A stretch of 64,000 nucleotides of DNA, from assembly GCF_964204645.1 (NCBI RefSeq), contig NC_134026.1:30290150-30354149 (forward strand), in the 5' to 3' direction. A program made the position numbers and the translations under genes. Within the stretch, counting starts at the first letter, position 1. Every line of letters starts with the position of its first letter. This DNA comes from Tubulanus polymorphus (Eukaryota; Animalia; Nemertea). The notes beneath the pieces were generated by a model that saw nothing but the letters and a program-made list of their open reading frames with translations, was not told the DNA's origin and ran no database searches. Positions 1 through 12,206 of this stretch are shown here, in pieces.

Positions 1-106
1 AACTCAGAGTTAACTCTAACTCACAACTGTGGAACTGTGTCCTGAATATTAATTCACTCTATTATAGATTTTCCTACAAAAACTGTGTCCAATCTGATAT
101 TTATAG

Positions 107-1054
107 GTGTTTACCAAACCATGGCCGGGAATAATGAGAACCGTTTATGGAAACCACGAAAGATATGAAACTACATACTTCAAAAAGTTTGAAGGCTATT
201 ACTGCACCGGAGATGGTGGGTTTAATAAGTTCGATGACTAAAAAGAAAAAGTTCACAGATATTTGAAATTTGATTAATTTCACGCAGTGTTTCATTGACT
301 CGTTGCAAATTGAATGAGTGATTAGATTACAGTTGAGTTGTTTGTTGTCTGTAGGAGCCAGGCGAGATGAAGACGGTTATTTATGGGTAACCGGTAGAAT
401 TGATGATATGTTAAATGTATCCGGTCATCTGTTGAGTACGGCAGAAATAGAGTCAGCGTTGATTGAACATCCAGCAGTAGTCGAAGCTGCCGTCGTATCT
501 CGACCTCATGATGTTAAAGGAGAAGCTACCTACTGTTTCGTCACACTAGCTGATGTAAGATTCATTTTTCTCACTGATTTGTTCAAACTCTTGTTAAGTC
601 ATCAAAGCTGAGACAGGGTGATCACTAACCTGGAAATCAGGGAAAAGTTGAATTAAGTGTTGTGGAGTTTACTTATCCGCATACAAATACAAATTGTACT
701 AAAAAATATATTTATTTCCAGGGTCACACTTTTGATGAAAATCTAGTGAAAGAGCTTAAAATTAAAGGTAAAAATGATTTGGTCGATTTTATCCTCGTAA
801 GGTATTCATTATTCATTGCGGTATATTTATAATTGTTTGATGGTATTGTAGTGAGATCTAAAATTGGACCGTTCGCGAGCCCTGAGAATATACAAGAAGC
901 GCCCGGTTTACCGAAAACTCGTTCAGGAAAAATCATGCGTAGAATATTGCGTAAGATCGCGCGTGGTGTAAACGAGGATCTCGGTGATATTTCAACGCTA
1001 GCCGATCCTGCGGTCATCGACGTTCTGTTCAACAAGAGAAAATCTGCCTTGTAA
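107..1054 (+). CDS. ACSS2: Acetyl-CoA synthetase (ACSS2-like), last four coding exons; 5' part lies outside the window
   Basis: GT-AG exons 107-215, 355-554, 722-767 and 852-1054 join in frame. They give [63 protein letters not shown], the typical ACS C-terminal motifs. Confidence 0.93.
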
Positions 1055-1466
1055 AAATAATCTCAACATCAACGAAAAGAGAATCATCGACCCGGTTCTA
1101 GGACAGTCGTCAGCGAGTTCACATTTGATTCTATGCAGTTTAACTAAGTTAAATCTGAAGTCAATATTAAGTACCTTGGAACCGGTTCATGATTTCAGAA
1201 CCTGTTCCCACATATCATCCATCATCTCGATATCGAAGAACTCCTTTTAAAATTTGTTAAATGATTATTTTAATGAATTGCGGTTCGCTAAAGGAATTTG
1301 ATTCTGCCTTTTTGTGTTATCTACCTCTGGATACGGTGAACTGATTAGCAATGGAAGTATTTTTGTAGAAATTTGATGAAGATTGTAACGTATCAGCAGC
1401 AGAATGAATTATTGTTCTGTATTTTGTAAGATACTGGGAATAAGGAAGTTTGAATTTAAAACACTG

Positions 1467-1505
1467 GCAGCAGCAGCAGCAGCATCAGCAGCAGCAGCAG
1501 CAGCT
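1467..1505 (+). repeat. (CAG)n microsatellite in the probable ACSS 3' UTR
   Basis: About 12 CAG/CAT triplets, seen directly. Confidence 0.9.
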
Positions 1506-1598
1506 CTATAGATAGATATATAAACTCGAATCCACTCATCACAGTTTTATGAATTCTCAGTGTTGTGATGTTTGTAACAACTTTCTATAGTATGTTAG

Positions 1599-1827
1599 CA
1601 GTCGCGGATCTAGGGGGTCTAATGGGCCTTGTACAACAGCCCTCATATATTTAGAGTTGCCCTTTTTCTGAATGAATCTTACTACTTGGGAATAATACAA
1701 AAATACTAGGCCATCCACAAATGTTCAAAAGTGAAGCCTTGATAATAGTACACATCCAAATATTTCTCTTCAATGATCAAAAATGTGACGCAAGGCCTTC
1801 AAAGTAGTCCCTTTAGATCCGCCCCTG
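1599..1827. mobile_element. Non-autonomous DNA element (MITE) with imperfect TIRs
   Basis: Ends read cagtcgcggatctaggggg ... ccctttagatccgcccctg. A related terminus, cagcggcggatccaggggg, occurs at ~39668. Confidence 0.55.
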
Positions 1828-4800
1828 ATTAGATACTTGGTTTCACTTAAACAACCAACTGTTAAAGATTTCTCTGTCAATTCTTCTATTGTTGATGATT
1901 TGTTCACTTTTTTGCGATCGATAATTTGAAAATGAAAGATGTTTTTGATGATTGAAACCAAGGGTTGGGTAGATTAGATAATTAGTATAGCACATTCCAG
2001 GTGTTATTTCTGTGTGCTAATATATAATATTTCATTACGTAAATATTTTGTAAAATTGTTAATATGCAAATGAGTAAAACTCAAATGAACTTAGAATAGT
2101 TTGAACTATTATGAGGAGTTATTTTCATAGTAAAACTATGGACTCTAATGTAATGTCCATAGTTAAACGTATCTTGTTGATTAGAAGCATTTGAATTTTC
2201 AAATTCAGTTTAGTTTGTCATTCTCACAAGAGGCCATTCATGATTTAAATAACATGAGCAAAATGTTTACCAATTTTGATAACGCCCTCGACTTATGGGT
2301 ATTTCATGAATTGAATTGACTCTAAACACTTTAGACATGACTTCATAGATTAATGTTTGTGGTTTTCTGATTTCAACCTGTTTTTCACAGCTCTCTGTTT
2401 GGTTATGTTAGAATTTACTGCGTGCTTAGATTTCCGATGATTAATACATAAGAGATAGATATGAGCTTTAGAACATGATTGTAAGAGTTGTATTGGTTTC
2501 AGATTGTCACGTCATGTATGTTGTTAATGACATATTTTTATCCATGAATGCTGTGTGTTTTTTATTCTGAACCGATTCGAATAATTTACAGTGAAGTTAT
2601 TTATAAGGGATTCAATTGAAAAAAAAAAAACGTTCACAACTCGATATTTCTAAAGCTTTTTTTTTTAACCTGTAAAATCAATCAATGTTTTATTTTCATG
2701 AAAAACATGAACTGTTAATATAGTTATCAGTTGGGTTTCTGACGTCAAACTAATGAATAGAATGAATGGTAACAGTAGGTCTACCCCAGCTGTTCGTATT
2801 CTTGGAATAATGAAGACTAAAAACAATTTCATTAATCACCTATCCTAAGCTTGTTATTTTTCAGAGAAGACAATATCGTACAAAGGATTATATTTTTGAG
2901 AAAAAAAACTGCCAAACATGGTCTCATTTCATTCTACTTAGTTTTTTTTTTCAAATCTATAACACAATCTTTCCCGCCTTTAAAATGAACAAAGTTTATA
3001 TAAATTCGACTATAATTTGATATTTTCTGACTTCGAATCGGTTAAACTATGTTTAATATACAATTATGTAGTGTATATTGTGGAATAAACGACTAAAACT
3101 AAAAAAAGTTATTTCATTTATCAATGTTGTCTTTTCTCTCTCAAAATACCAAAGGAGCTTGCTGGTGTGAACGCGCTTTGTCCGTTCTAAGGACTAAGTA
3201 GTTTAGAGTAATGATCATTCTTCTGATATTTCCCCCCTTTAGATACGAACAATATTGAGCAATGTAGTTTTGGGAGAATAGCCCAATTTTGACCCCTTTA
3301 GCCAATATTAGAAGAATAACGACGCATAGTATGTACATCGAGATAAGTGCTGTTAAAATGGTTTTGTAAGTGGATTCATTTGATGTTGATGCGTCTACAC
3401 GAAACATGCGATGTCAACAGTTTCCGTTCATTCTACCCGCTTTTATCCGAGACCTGTTTCCTGAATTTAGTCTCACCTGCCTCCATCGTATTCCCTCGAG
3501 CCGATCGTACGTCGCGCTATTTGGATCAGGCATTCTCTACCCGCTAATATAATATCAAATTGAACAGCAAATCTAATCTATGAAATGTATTTACCGTCAC
3601 CTAGGTAACAAATTATTCTGAGCAAAATCCGGACTATTTTTGGAATTAATTTGTTTGAATTTTGGCTGAGTGGGTTCTGTAAATCAGTTGGTCGTGTATT
3701 TACGACCCGCCCGCTAATTCTATTTACTAGATGTTTTAAATAGAGTTCGCTGCGCTATTTATAGTCACTGTCGCGTGATTTTTTCTTGATACATCCACAT
3801 TTTATTTACAATTGTTCCGTAGTGTGCGAGTTTAATAATACAGCGGAATTCCCCCTCCGGGGAAACAGCAGACCATGAAAACAGACGATGTTTGTTGGAG
3901 TTGCGGGGCTGTAAACATCGTTAATAAAATAAAACAATAGCACGACAGAGTTTTTAAATTGAATATGTATTTGTTCTAACAAAGATAATGTATGTATAAA
4001 AATAAATCTAGAGCAAAACATTTTTTTTTCATTTGAATCATTTTCAGTCAGAACACAATATATTCATCATAAGCAGCATGAGATCAGCGTAGTCAATTAC
4101 ACAACAGTGATTGTGAGGTTGAGCTTCATATGCCCGACATTGTGACTTTTGATCAGTTTATCATGATCTAATAAGATTAAAACCTAAACATTCTTGATTA
4201 ATTAAACCATCAGCTAGGAGAACATCATCATTTCGGTTTCAACTTCGGTTTCAAATTGTTTCCGGCATTTTTCACTTCTTCAGCAGAATGTTCATTGTAA
4301 AAAAAACGCTAAAACACTGCGGCAAATAGTTCAGTTGTACTATGTTTATCGCATTGTGGACGCATCGTCACAGCGTCTGAAGAGCCGAAAATCTCTGCCG
4401 TAAATCTGAAAAAAATACTAATGACGTCACAAACTATTTTCTGGTTGGTTACATTTCAGTGACTAAAAGTGCAGAGACAGCCCCGGCGTCAGAAAGTATA
4501 TGAATTCTAACCGCACGATCCGTGGTGAATTTCGTGACTAACGCTTCGTATTTCGTGAAAGGTATTTCATCAATATTCCGAAAGTGTTTTGCTTTTTCTT
4601 GCGGATCAAATTGTGGCAATCCCCGATGATGCAATATCAATCAGTCCCTTTTTCTAATGGCACCATGAAAATAAAGCGGGCAGAAATATGATGCACAATG
4701 GGCGTCACCAGGAACTTCAGGGCGGGGAGGTCGAAATCGGCGATCACGGAACACGGGTGCCAAAGGAGCAAGCTAATCCCCAGAGCAGCGGCTTTGGGCA

Positions 4801-5379
4801 TCCTCTTCAAGAAAACTATGAACATCAGGTGCTTCAGATGCGTTTTCCAAGCATTTTGATAAGGACTTTTAAGTTCGAATCCCAATGAAAATGCATAATT
4901 GTGACCTCACGAATAAGATGAGCGGAACTCGAATTTCAAGGTTGCTTTCCCCAACCCCGATCCCTGGTGACCCCCACGAACAGATTTCACTTTTCTGTTT
5001 GAACTTATTAGATGAATTTTATGATGCACCTGAGATACTTGAAGTAATCAATTCACTCGCGTGATTCAGAACTGGGTCTAATTCGGTGTGTCATAAAGAG
5101 GGCTATATTTAACTATTAATGACATTTCATTTCCTGATTGATTGTATCCCTGAGTTCATACTACGTCACACGCAGTGCGCGGTGAATGTTAAATTCATCC
5201 ACACACACACACTTGCACGTAGGCCTACATCATTATCAAGGATTTTCCCAATGCAATTGAACATCATACAACATGTTACCCCTTAATCGTAATCATTGAA
5301 TATACTTTCTATTTCCCAGGCTATCTCTTCCGAACACTGAAAGCACACGTACCTATATTCAGCAAAGGTTAAACCAATG

Positions 5380-6597
5380 TCATGATTCGAATTCAATTTT
5401 CTTCCAAGTATCTAAGATGATTTTCACTTCACTGCTGGACGGTCTCTCGTCAATGTCTGGTTCCCAACATTGGGTAAAGAGCTCGTGATAGCACGACTCA
5501 AACGGGTCCATTTCTAGATTTATTTTTACGGGAAGAGCCGGTCTCAGTCCGTAAGCTACGACGCCAAAAATTACGACATGAGGGTTTTCAGCACCGTATG
5601 GTCGTTCTCTAGTTAACATTTCCCATAAAGTGATACCGAATGAGTAAATATCAGCTAGACTGGTGGGTGAATCACCGCGTAATAGTTCCGGGGCTCGATA
5701 TGCGAATGTACCAGTCAACTGCGATCTACGACATTGATTAGTTTTACCTCCTATCAACTGACAACAACCGAAATCTCCCAATTTACAAACTTCCTCGCTC
5801 GAAATCATTATATTCGAAGGTTTTACGTCCAAATGTACGATGAACATGTCGTGGACGAATTTTAACGCGTCTGCGATATTCGAGGCAAACCGGAGTCTTT
5901 TTTCGGCAGGCAAACAATAAGATTGATCATTAATTGCCTGTTGTAAGTTGAATTCGCCGGCGTATTCCATCAGTAAAAACGGCTCTCCATCCAATGGATC
6001 AATTGCCGCTATTGTTCTAACGATATTACGATGTTTCACGGTCAGTATGTTTAATTCCGCTCGATAACTCTCCAATTGCGCTTGTTTATTTTTCATGCAC
6101 AAATGCATTCGTTTTACGGCCACTCGGCATCCACCCGCCGTCCAACCTTCATATACGGCTCCGAATCCTCCCGTTCCGACCAGTCTCTCGATAATAATAT
6201 CATCTTTTCGGATACTGCGACCCATGAATTCCAGCCCGATCTTTTCGGAGAGTCTCCGTTGTAGTTGCATATGACACGATAATGTCTGTTCTGCATTTGG
6301 CGTAAGATTTTCATCTGGTTGAAAATGATTCGATCGACGTAGATTCTCCCGAAGATTCGTAGGATTTGTCGATAGTTTCAGCGGATCTCCGATTTCACAT
6401 TCGATCCGTTTCGTTTTCAGCATGAAGAAATGCAAATACAGCATATGCTGTTTCGGTTTCTTAATCTGACGGTAACATTTTAACAAAACGCTTCTCCACT
6501 TTCGTCGAGGAGAAATTTCAGAAATTGTCCGTTCCTTGTTGCAAGCGTAGAAATCGAATTGCCGAAAGATCTGATCAACAAGATCGAAGAACGTCAT
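5380..6597 (-). CDS. MOS: Mos serine/threonine kinase (MAPKKK, oocyte maturation factor), single exon
   Basis: Uninterrupted ORF with GTGGFGAVY, VAVK, HLDVKPSNI, DFG and GTFAYRAPE. Mos-diagnostic segments: SYRAELNI..HRNIVR and VIFGVVAYGLRP. Intronless, like known mos genes. The true start Met is uncertain. Confidence 0.92.
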   Translation of the reverse strand: MTFFDLVDQIFRQFDFYACNKERTISEISPRRKWRSVLLKCYRQIKKPKQHMLYLHFFMLKTKRIECEIGDPLKLSTNPTNLRENLRRSNHFQPDENLTPNAEQTLSCHMQLQRRLSEKIGLEFMGRSIRKDDIIIERLVGTGGFGAVYEGWTAGGCRVAVKRMHLCMKNKQAQLESYRAELNILTVKHRNIVRTIAAIDPLDGEPFLLMEYAGEFNLQQAINDQSYCLPAEKRLRFASNIADALKFVHDMFIVHLDVKPSNIMISSEEVCKLGDFGCCQLIGGKTNQCRRSQLTGTFAYRAPELLRGDSPTSLADIYSFGITLWEMLTRERPYGAENPHVVIFGVVAYGLRPALPVKINLEMDPFESCYHELFTQCWEPDIDERPSSSEVKIILDTWKKIEFES

Positions 6598-7364
6598 TAT
6601 AGAAACTATTATTCGATGTTATGATTTTGATGTCGGTAGTTCTTGGTACGTGAGAAGTAACACGCCGCATCGACTGACTGTGTGGCTGTTACTGCTGCCA
6701 CTGATCAGCTGTTGTTATTAGACCGCCGTTGTCAGCCGTTACCTATCACAAACAACTCCGACTCAATCGATATTTGATATTATTTCAATTCCAAGGGTGA
6801 AATATCTCTCAATATCATAATCCGATATTAAAAACTGGTAACAGATGAATGAGTAGCCACCCCTTTCTTAAGATGAACTAATCCTCGTGTAATTAGAGTG
6901 ATTAATAACACGGTTTGATGAAGAAATGGTGTGTGGGCAATTTGCATGTAAATGCTGTTTGTCTAAAGATATCACAAAATGACGCGCGTTCTGTCGCGCT
7001 TCTATTTTGGTATGACTGGCTATTTTCTAGAAGAGATAAGAATGTTGAATCCAGGTCGTTAGTCTGAACGTCATCGCGATCCTGGCAACGAGTGGTTGTT
7101 TTGCTCGATGTTAGAGTATCTACGGGGCGCGCTACGTCGATCAAGCGGGCATTCTCAGAATCAACCGTGTTGTTCTTGCAGATATTTTGCGATCGCCCCG
7201 GCATAATAATCACAGGCAATCAATATTTGTCAGTCCAGGGGCTGCCATTTCATATAATGACTCAACATATTCCTTTAAAGATTTGTCATTGTGTTAATAC
7301 GAGGTGTAAGAGAACCTCCCTTCATACATCCTATCAAACCCGTGGCAGGTATAGAGAATGAGTA

Positions 7365-7526
7365 CAGTGGAACTTCGTTACAACGACCTCGAATTTAACC
7401 ATAAAATCGTTTATTGCAAACTAAGAATTCCATCGTAATTCAATGATTTCATACTGGATTTAACGAACTGGTTAACGACTAGATTTTTCAGTCTCCTGAA
7501 GTTGGCGTTGTAACGAGGTTCCTCTG
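7365..7526. mobile_element. Tc1/mariner(pogo)-type MITE
   Basis: TIRs cagtggaacttcgttacaacg / cgttgtaacgaggttcctctg, with TA before the left end. Confidence 0.6.
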
Positions 7527-7682
7527 AGTATCCAATAAGGGCATTAATTTGTTGTTTGTTTCAGTGAAAAAATTTTAACATCCTCAAAAAAATGATAAAC
7601 GATTTTTCGAGTCATCATGATGGAATCTAATTGATAAGATGCACATAATTTTGATGAATTTCGAAAGCTACATTTTTTCCTC

Positions 7683-9073
7683 TTAAACATTATTTTGACT
7701 TCGGTGTACGAATTGTTTAGTACAACCGGAAGGCTTTGGTCCCTGAAAGAAAGAAAATAAGATGGTGATAAATGAATAGAGTTTTGTGTCGTGATTGTAT
7801 AGGATTTTAGCAAGTACCGTGTATGTATCACAGATAAGGTTCAATAAGTCACTTTCCGCTTTGTGCTGTTGAGTTTCCGTATGAACCTGAAAATAGAATA
7901 TGTTTATTATATTACGCAGTGTGACACTAATATTGGATTAATTTGGTTTAGTTTCAGTAAAGCTTTATGTAGGCGATAGGTAGCTTACCCCATTGATGAC
8001 AATCCACGGGACATATTTATGGTCGATAGGTGTCCTCAGCGCCATTTCGTGTTCGAGCATATTACCTAATGCAGAGTTGTAGCACTTTTTCAACGCAGAT
8101 AGATCTACTTTCCATTGTTTTGTGCACTGAAATTTGAGATATCATCTTTGAGTTTACGTAGCTGATGCCCGCAATACTCTACTAGAAACAATACCTAACT
8201 TTTTGTAAAGCTGATTCCATCGGATCCAAGTTGTATTGTTCTAGACAATTCAGGAACGGAAAATAAACATGGAAGTCTTTCAGTAAATGGATAGCGCAAG
8301 TCTGAAAGATGCCGCATTAGATTGATTACTTTACTAAACATAGAATTATCGTCATCAGTAATTATTAGTCTCTAACTCATACTTCATATAAGTTGCCTTC
8401 ACATTCATGAGGTCCATGTTGACACTCAAACACCCATTTATCACCGTTTCTTTGTTCCTAGAGGAGTAAAAATGCACATCGAACATACACAATTGATACT
8501 GAGACCTAAACAACACCTAGACATTAGATATACATGATTTTTGATGGAAGCATACATTAGCGTTCCCATAAGGAGTCAGTGTAATATTCATTATATGTCC
8601 GATTTTATTCCATGTTGGCCACAATTGACTCTGCCAGAACATCATACACCCTGGACACAGATACTCGTAGTAAAGCTCTAAATTAACCGCTGGAGCCTCT
8701 GCGATAGGATTCTGTTTTTGAAGCCATTGAAGACATTGGTCTACAACCTAGAAAATCAGAAAGCATCGTGTGAAAATTGCAGATAGATTGTCAGATATAA
8801 GATGGGCAGTACAGGGACAAACGAGGCCATTCATAAACTACGTGCATTCTCCCTTAAAGGAATATAAGCCTTCAAATAGCGTACATTGGGGGTTGAAAAT
8901 CCGTTCGTCAACGGCCATTCAGACAGAATGATATTTACCTTGCATTCATTAGCGATATAGAATGATTCACACCACTGTTGAGGTGGATAACTACATGGCA
9001 CCGCGGCTGCGGACTGTGAATAAACGAAACAACCAGAAAATAAGAGAATAACATACAAAACTTTCATCGTCAT
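7683..9073 (-). CDS. IFI30: Gamma-interferon-inducible lysosomal thiol reductase (GILT) with N-terminal saposin-A-type motif; 7 exons
   Basis: Exons 9073-8939, 8747-8556, 8457-8383, 8301-8200, 8126-7989, 7886-7818 and 7742-7683 join in frame. Features: signal peptide, CSYPPQQWC..C, YYEYLCPGC active site, PYGNA, CQHGPHECEGNLYETC signature, YVPWIVING. Confidence 0.93.
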
Positions 9074-9420
9074 GATTGCTGCTTCTAATGTGACAAAAAA
9101 TGTTCAAAAAAATAGAACCACGTGAATGATTTTATAATGCGCGTGACTATTATCTGATAACGTCTGGAGAAGTCAAATGAGCTAATGTTCATATCAAAGG
9201 TCATCATTTTCTGTTAAAGACGTTTTCACTTCAAGGACATCGATTTCAGATTGCCCTGAACCGAAACTACTTTCGAGATTACAATTCTTCGGAACAACTG
9301 GTAATGTTATAGTTCATTAATACGTAAAACGCCTGAGCAAGCACCGGTGGCCAGAAATGAAATTACCGGCCGCAGGTCATATCGCAGCCGCCCGGCTTTC
9401 ATCAAGTACACCCATCTAAT

Positions 9421-9494
9421 GAGAGAAATCCTACAATAAATCAAGCCAAAAATAACTTTTTATTTTTGGCTTAATTTATTCTGGGATTTCTCTC
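9421..9494. repeat. Imperfect palindrome upstream of GILT (likely MITE remnant)
   Basis: gagagaaatcc..aataaatcaagccaaaaataa / ttatttttggcttaatttatt..ggatttctctc. Confidence 0.6.
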
Positions 9495-10011
9495 GTTATC
9501 ATCATACACGAATATTGTGTATCTTCTCGTCTCACCCGTCTAAATGCCGGGCATAGGTCTTTGTTTCATGCTAAACACCATTTAACCCGGTACGAGTTTT
9601 TCTGGAAACGCTTAAAATACTCTAATCGCTTGATGCACTGACAGTTACTTTAGTGTCTTTCTAATCTTTTAAAATAAATATCTATATTGGATCAATTTTT
9701 CGTGTATTCTTATGGGGTGTTCTCATGTGTCTGTCTTCAATATATCTTTATTGAATTGAATAGGTCCGCTACACTAGTCCAGTCCATCGGATGATAAGTC
9801 CGCTCCATTATTCCAAATCAAAACAATTGTCAAAATGGACCGTCGTGAAATGAGCACTGTGGATTCGGTAGCGGTATCACTCGATTCAAATTTATTTCAT
9901 CACTCGATTCAAATAAAATTATGAATATACAACTTATTTCATCAAATTCATTTGTAGTTGTTATTGTACGGACACGGAACCGGACTCGGCGGTAACGTAC
10001 ACGGTTGTCCA

Positions 10012-10090
10012 TCTTCACCCGTCAAGGGATTCGGCTAACCTGGTGGAAGCGAGTTCGGGAGTGATACCGGACCCCTGGCAAGCGAGGATG
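10012..10090 (+). mobile_element. Internally deleted copy of the element at 13998-14301
   Basis: Shares both termini: tcttcacccgtcaagggattcg and ctggtggaagcgagtt.gggagtgataccggacccctggcaagcgaggatg. Confidence 0.75.
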
Positions 10091-10228
10091 TAATAGACTG
10101 AGCGCCTAGACTGGTTGCCTGTTGATGCTATGATGAACTTGTATCCGGATGACATCCGGATCGCGTGATCGGAAGAGTGTAATTGGAGACATCCGGACGC
10201 GTCCGGATTGAATAGAGTCCGCGTCTCA

Positions 10229-10525
10229 GAGAGTGGTCCTGATGCTGAATAGAGGATGTACAGGGGTGTCCCGGGTTCGAATCCAGTAATTACTGATACT
10301 GGTTCAGAGTGGTCCTGAGATGCTGGAACAGGGGTGTCTCCCGGGTTTGGCCCGGCCGGGTACTGTCCGAGAGTGGTACTGATGCTAAATAGAGGATGTA
10401 CAGGGGTGTCCCGGGTACGAACCCAATAATTACTGAAAGTGGTTCACGAATGGCCCTGATGCTGAATAGAGGATGTACTCTGGGGTGTCCCGGGTTCGAA
10501 CCGTGTAAATACTGGTTCGAAACCA
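10229..10525 (+). repeat. Tandem tRNA-like (B-box-containing) repeat, about 4 diverged units
   Basis: Repeated agtggtcctgatgctgaatagaggatgtacaggggtgtcccgGGTTCGAAtcc. Confidence 0.75.
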
Positions 10526-11029
10526 TACATATTTTAACCGTCAAGTGCTGCCCCTATACATATCGTTGGCGGTGAATATATGAACTAACTTATTACTCGC
10601 GCGCCGCAGTAGGAAAATTGAACTATCAGTTAGTTCACAAATTTACCGCTTATGATACACATAGGGGCAGCACCTTACAGTAAAAAACCGACTGCATGCG
10701 CAGAATAAGAATTGAATAGATTCGTAATTAAGAGAGCGATCACAGGGTTCACTCACTCACACTATCGATCACAATTTGGGACTGCTGTTATTGACGTTTC
10801 AAATTATACCCTCTGAAATTACATCCATCATCTGCAACAGTAAGGCCAAAATTCCTGTTTTAAACATGGGTCAGTGGTGCTGTAATCTTTTTTCCTAAAT
10901 TCATGATCCATTAAATTATTTCATCTTCAAATCAATATCACCGAGTAGGCCACCCCTCATCACAATCTGAAATGTAAAAAAAAGAAAAAGAGTTGGGGCA
11001 AATTACCAAGTCCCGTGAAATAAAAAAGC

Positions 11030-11105
11030 GAAGTTCGAACCGGCAGGACTCGAAACTGCGGTCTCCGGGTTACCAGGCGGGAATTCTAACCACTAGACCA
11101 TAGAT
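11030..11105 (-). mobile_element. tRNA-derived SINE head or tRNA pseudogene
   Basis: Minus strand reads TGGTCTAGTGGTTAGAATTCCCGCCTGGTAACCCGGAGACCGCAGTTTCGAGTCCTGC. It has an A box and a T-arm, but the acceptor and anticodon stems are broken. Confidence 0.65.
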
Positions 11106-11375
11106 CTGTGGTAATCACTCGGGTGTGTAAGTTTGTCTCGTATGTGATTTCGTATGTGTTCAGTTTGCTTAAAATCGATTTTCAGAATGTATCTTAAACA
11201 GTTTGTCAAACGGATTAAGTTAAACAGATAACTGGGGTAAACTGAGGACACATCAGTGTGAATATTAATTGAATTTGCGTGGATTTGAACCAAATGGAAT
11301 TTTTGTGGCGTTGATCAGGTTCGAATCCCATCAGAAAATTATTTTCTAGACTTGGCGGTAATATTGGTACTTTTC

Positions 11376-11458
11376 ATTGGTCAGGATCAGTGACGTCACA
11401 CTGTCAGTATAAAAACTCAGGTCAGCTGATCCCTCCTTCCAGTTCGGCCATTTTTCAG
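11376..11458 (+). promoter_or_regulatory. Pol II core promoter and short non-coding first exon of the orphan gene
   Basis: Reverse CCAAT at 11376, CRE TGACGTCA at 11391-11398, TATAAAA at 11408, Inr-like CCAGTT at ~11439, YY1-like GCCATTTT, donor CAG|GTAAGC at 11458/11459. Confidence 0.7.
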
Positions 11459-12206
11459 GTAAGCAAACGTCGTCCATTTTATTCAATTCTTTCGATAAAA
11501 TTTATTTATCAATCTTACTTGTAAATTTTATACATATAGACCTTAGGTTTCGCATACGGCTTTATGTAAGACAATTTCAAGAGTTCCGAAAGTTCGGATT
11601 ATATCATATAGGTGTTTAATTATGACATTTCCATTTTGACGTTCCTTTTGCTCTAAATTGTCCAAATGGTGTTTTTAACATTTAGAAGTAAATTTCAACG
11701 TTTGACTTGCAATTTCGCTCTCGTAATAATGAAGACGTTATTGTGATTTTATTGAGGAAATTTATTAAACTTATTTATGAAATTTTCGGAAGCAGTTTTT
11801 CTGGTGTTCAAATCTAGCGCTAAAGCGGCTAGTTGACATGCCTAGGTGTAATACACAGACAGCTCAGTCTATTGAACCATGACTCGAATCCATAGAAACC
11901 TTTCATTCGAAGCGTCGTTCAACTTAATCCTGCTGGCTTCTATATCTATTATTAAGAAAATAATGATAAAATAATTTAATGTTAATTATTATTATTACTT
12001 AATAGAAACTCGATTTAGCTATTTCTTAGAGTCAATAATTTTCGATTTTCTTGATTTTTATAAGATTGTTTTTACATTGCAGTAGCAGCAGCAGCATCAA
12101 CAGCAGCAGTTAAAAAAGCAACAGTTATAAAAGCAACAGCAGCAGTACAACGACAACTACAACAATTACAACTTCAACAATTAAAACTTGAACTTCAACT
12201 TTGAAT

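Noticed and set aside
4449-4888. Small gene downstream of Mos
   Set aside because: Short ORFs on both strands with no recognisable motif or consistent exon chain.
11030-11105. Functional tRNA gene
   Set aside because: The acceptor and anticodon stems do not pair and the B box is mutated; treated as a SINE head or pseudogene.
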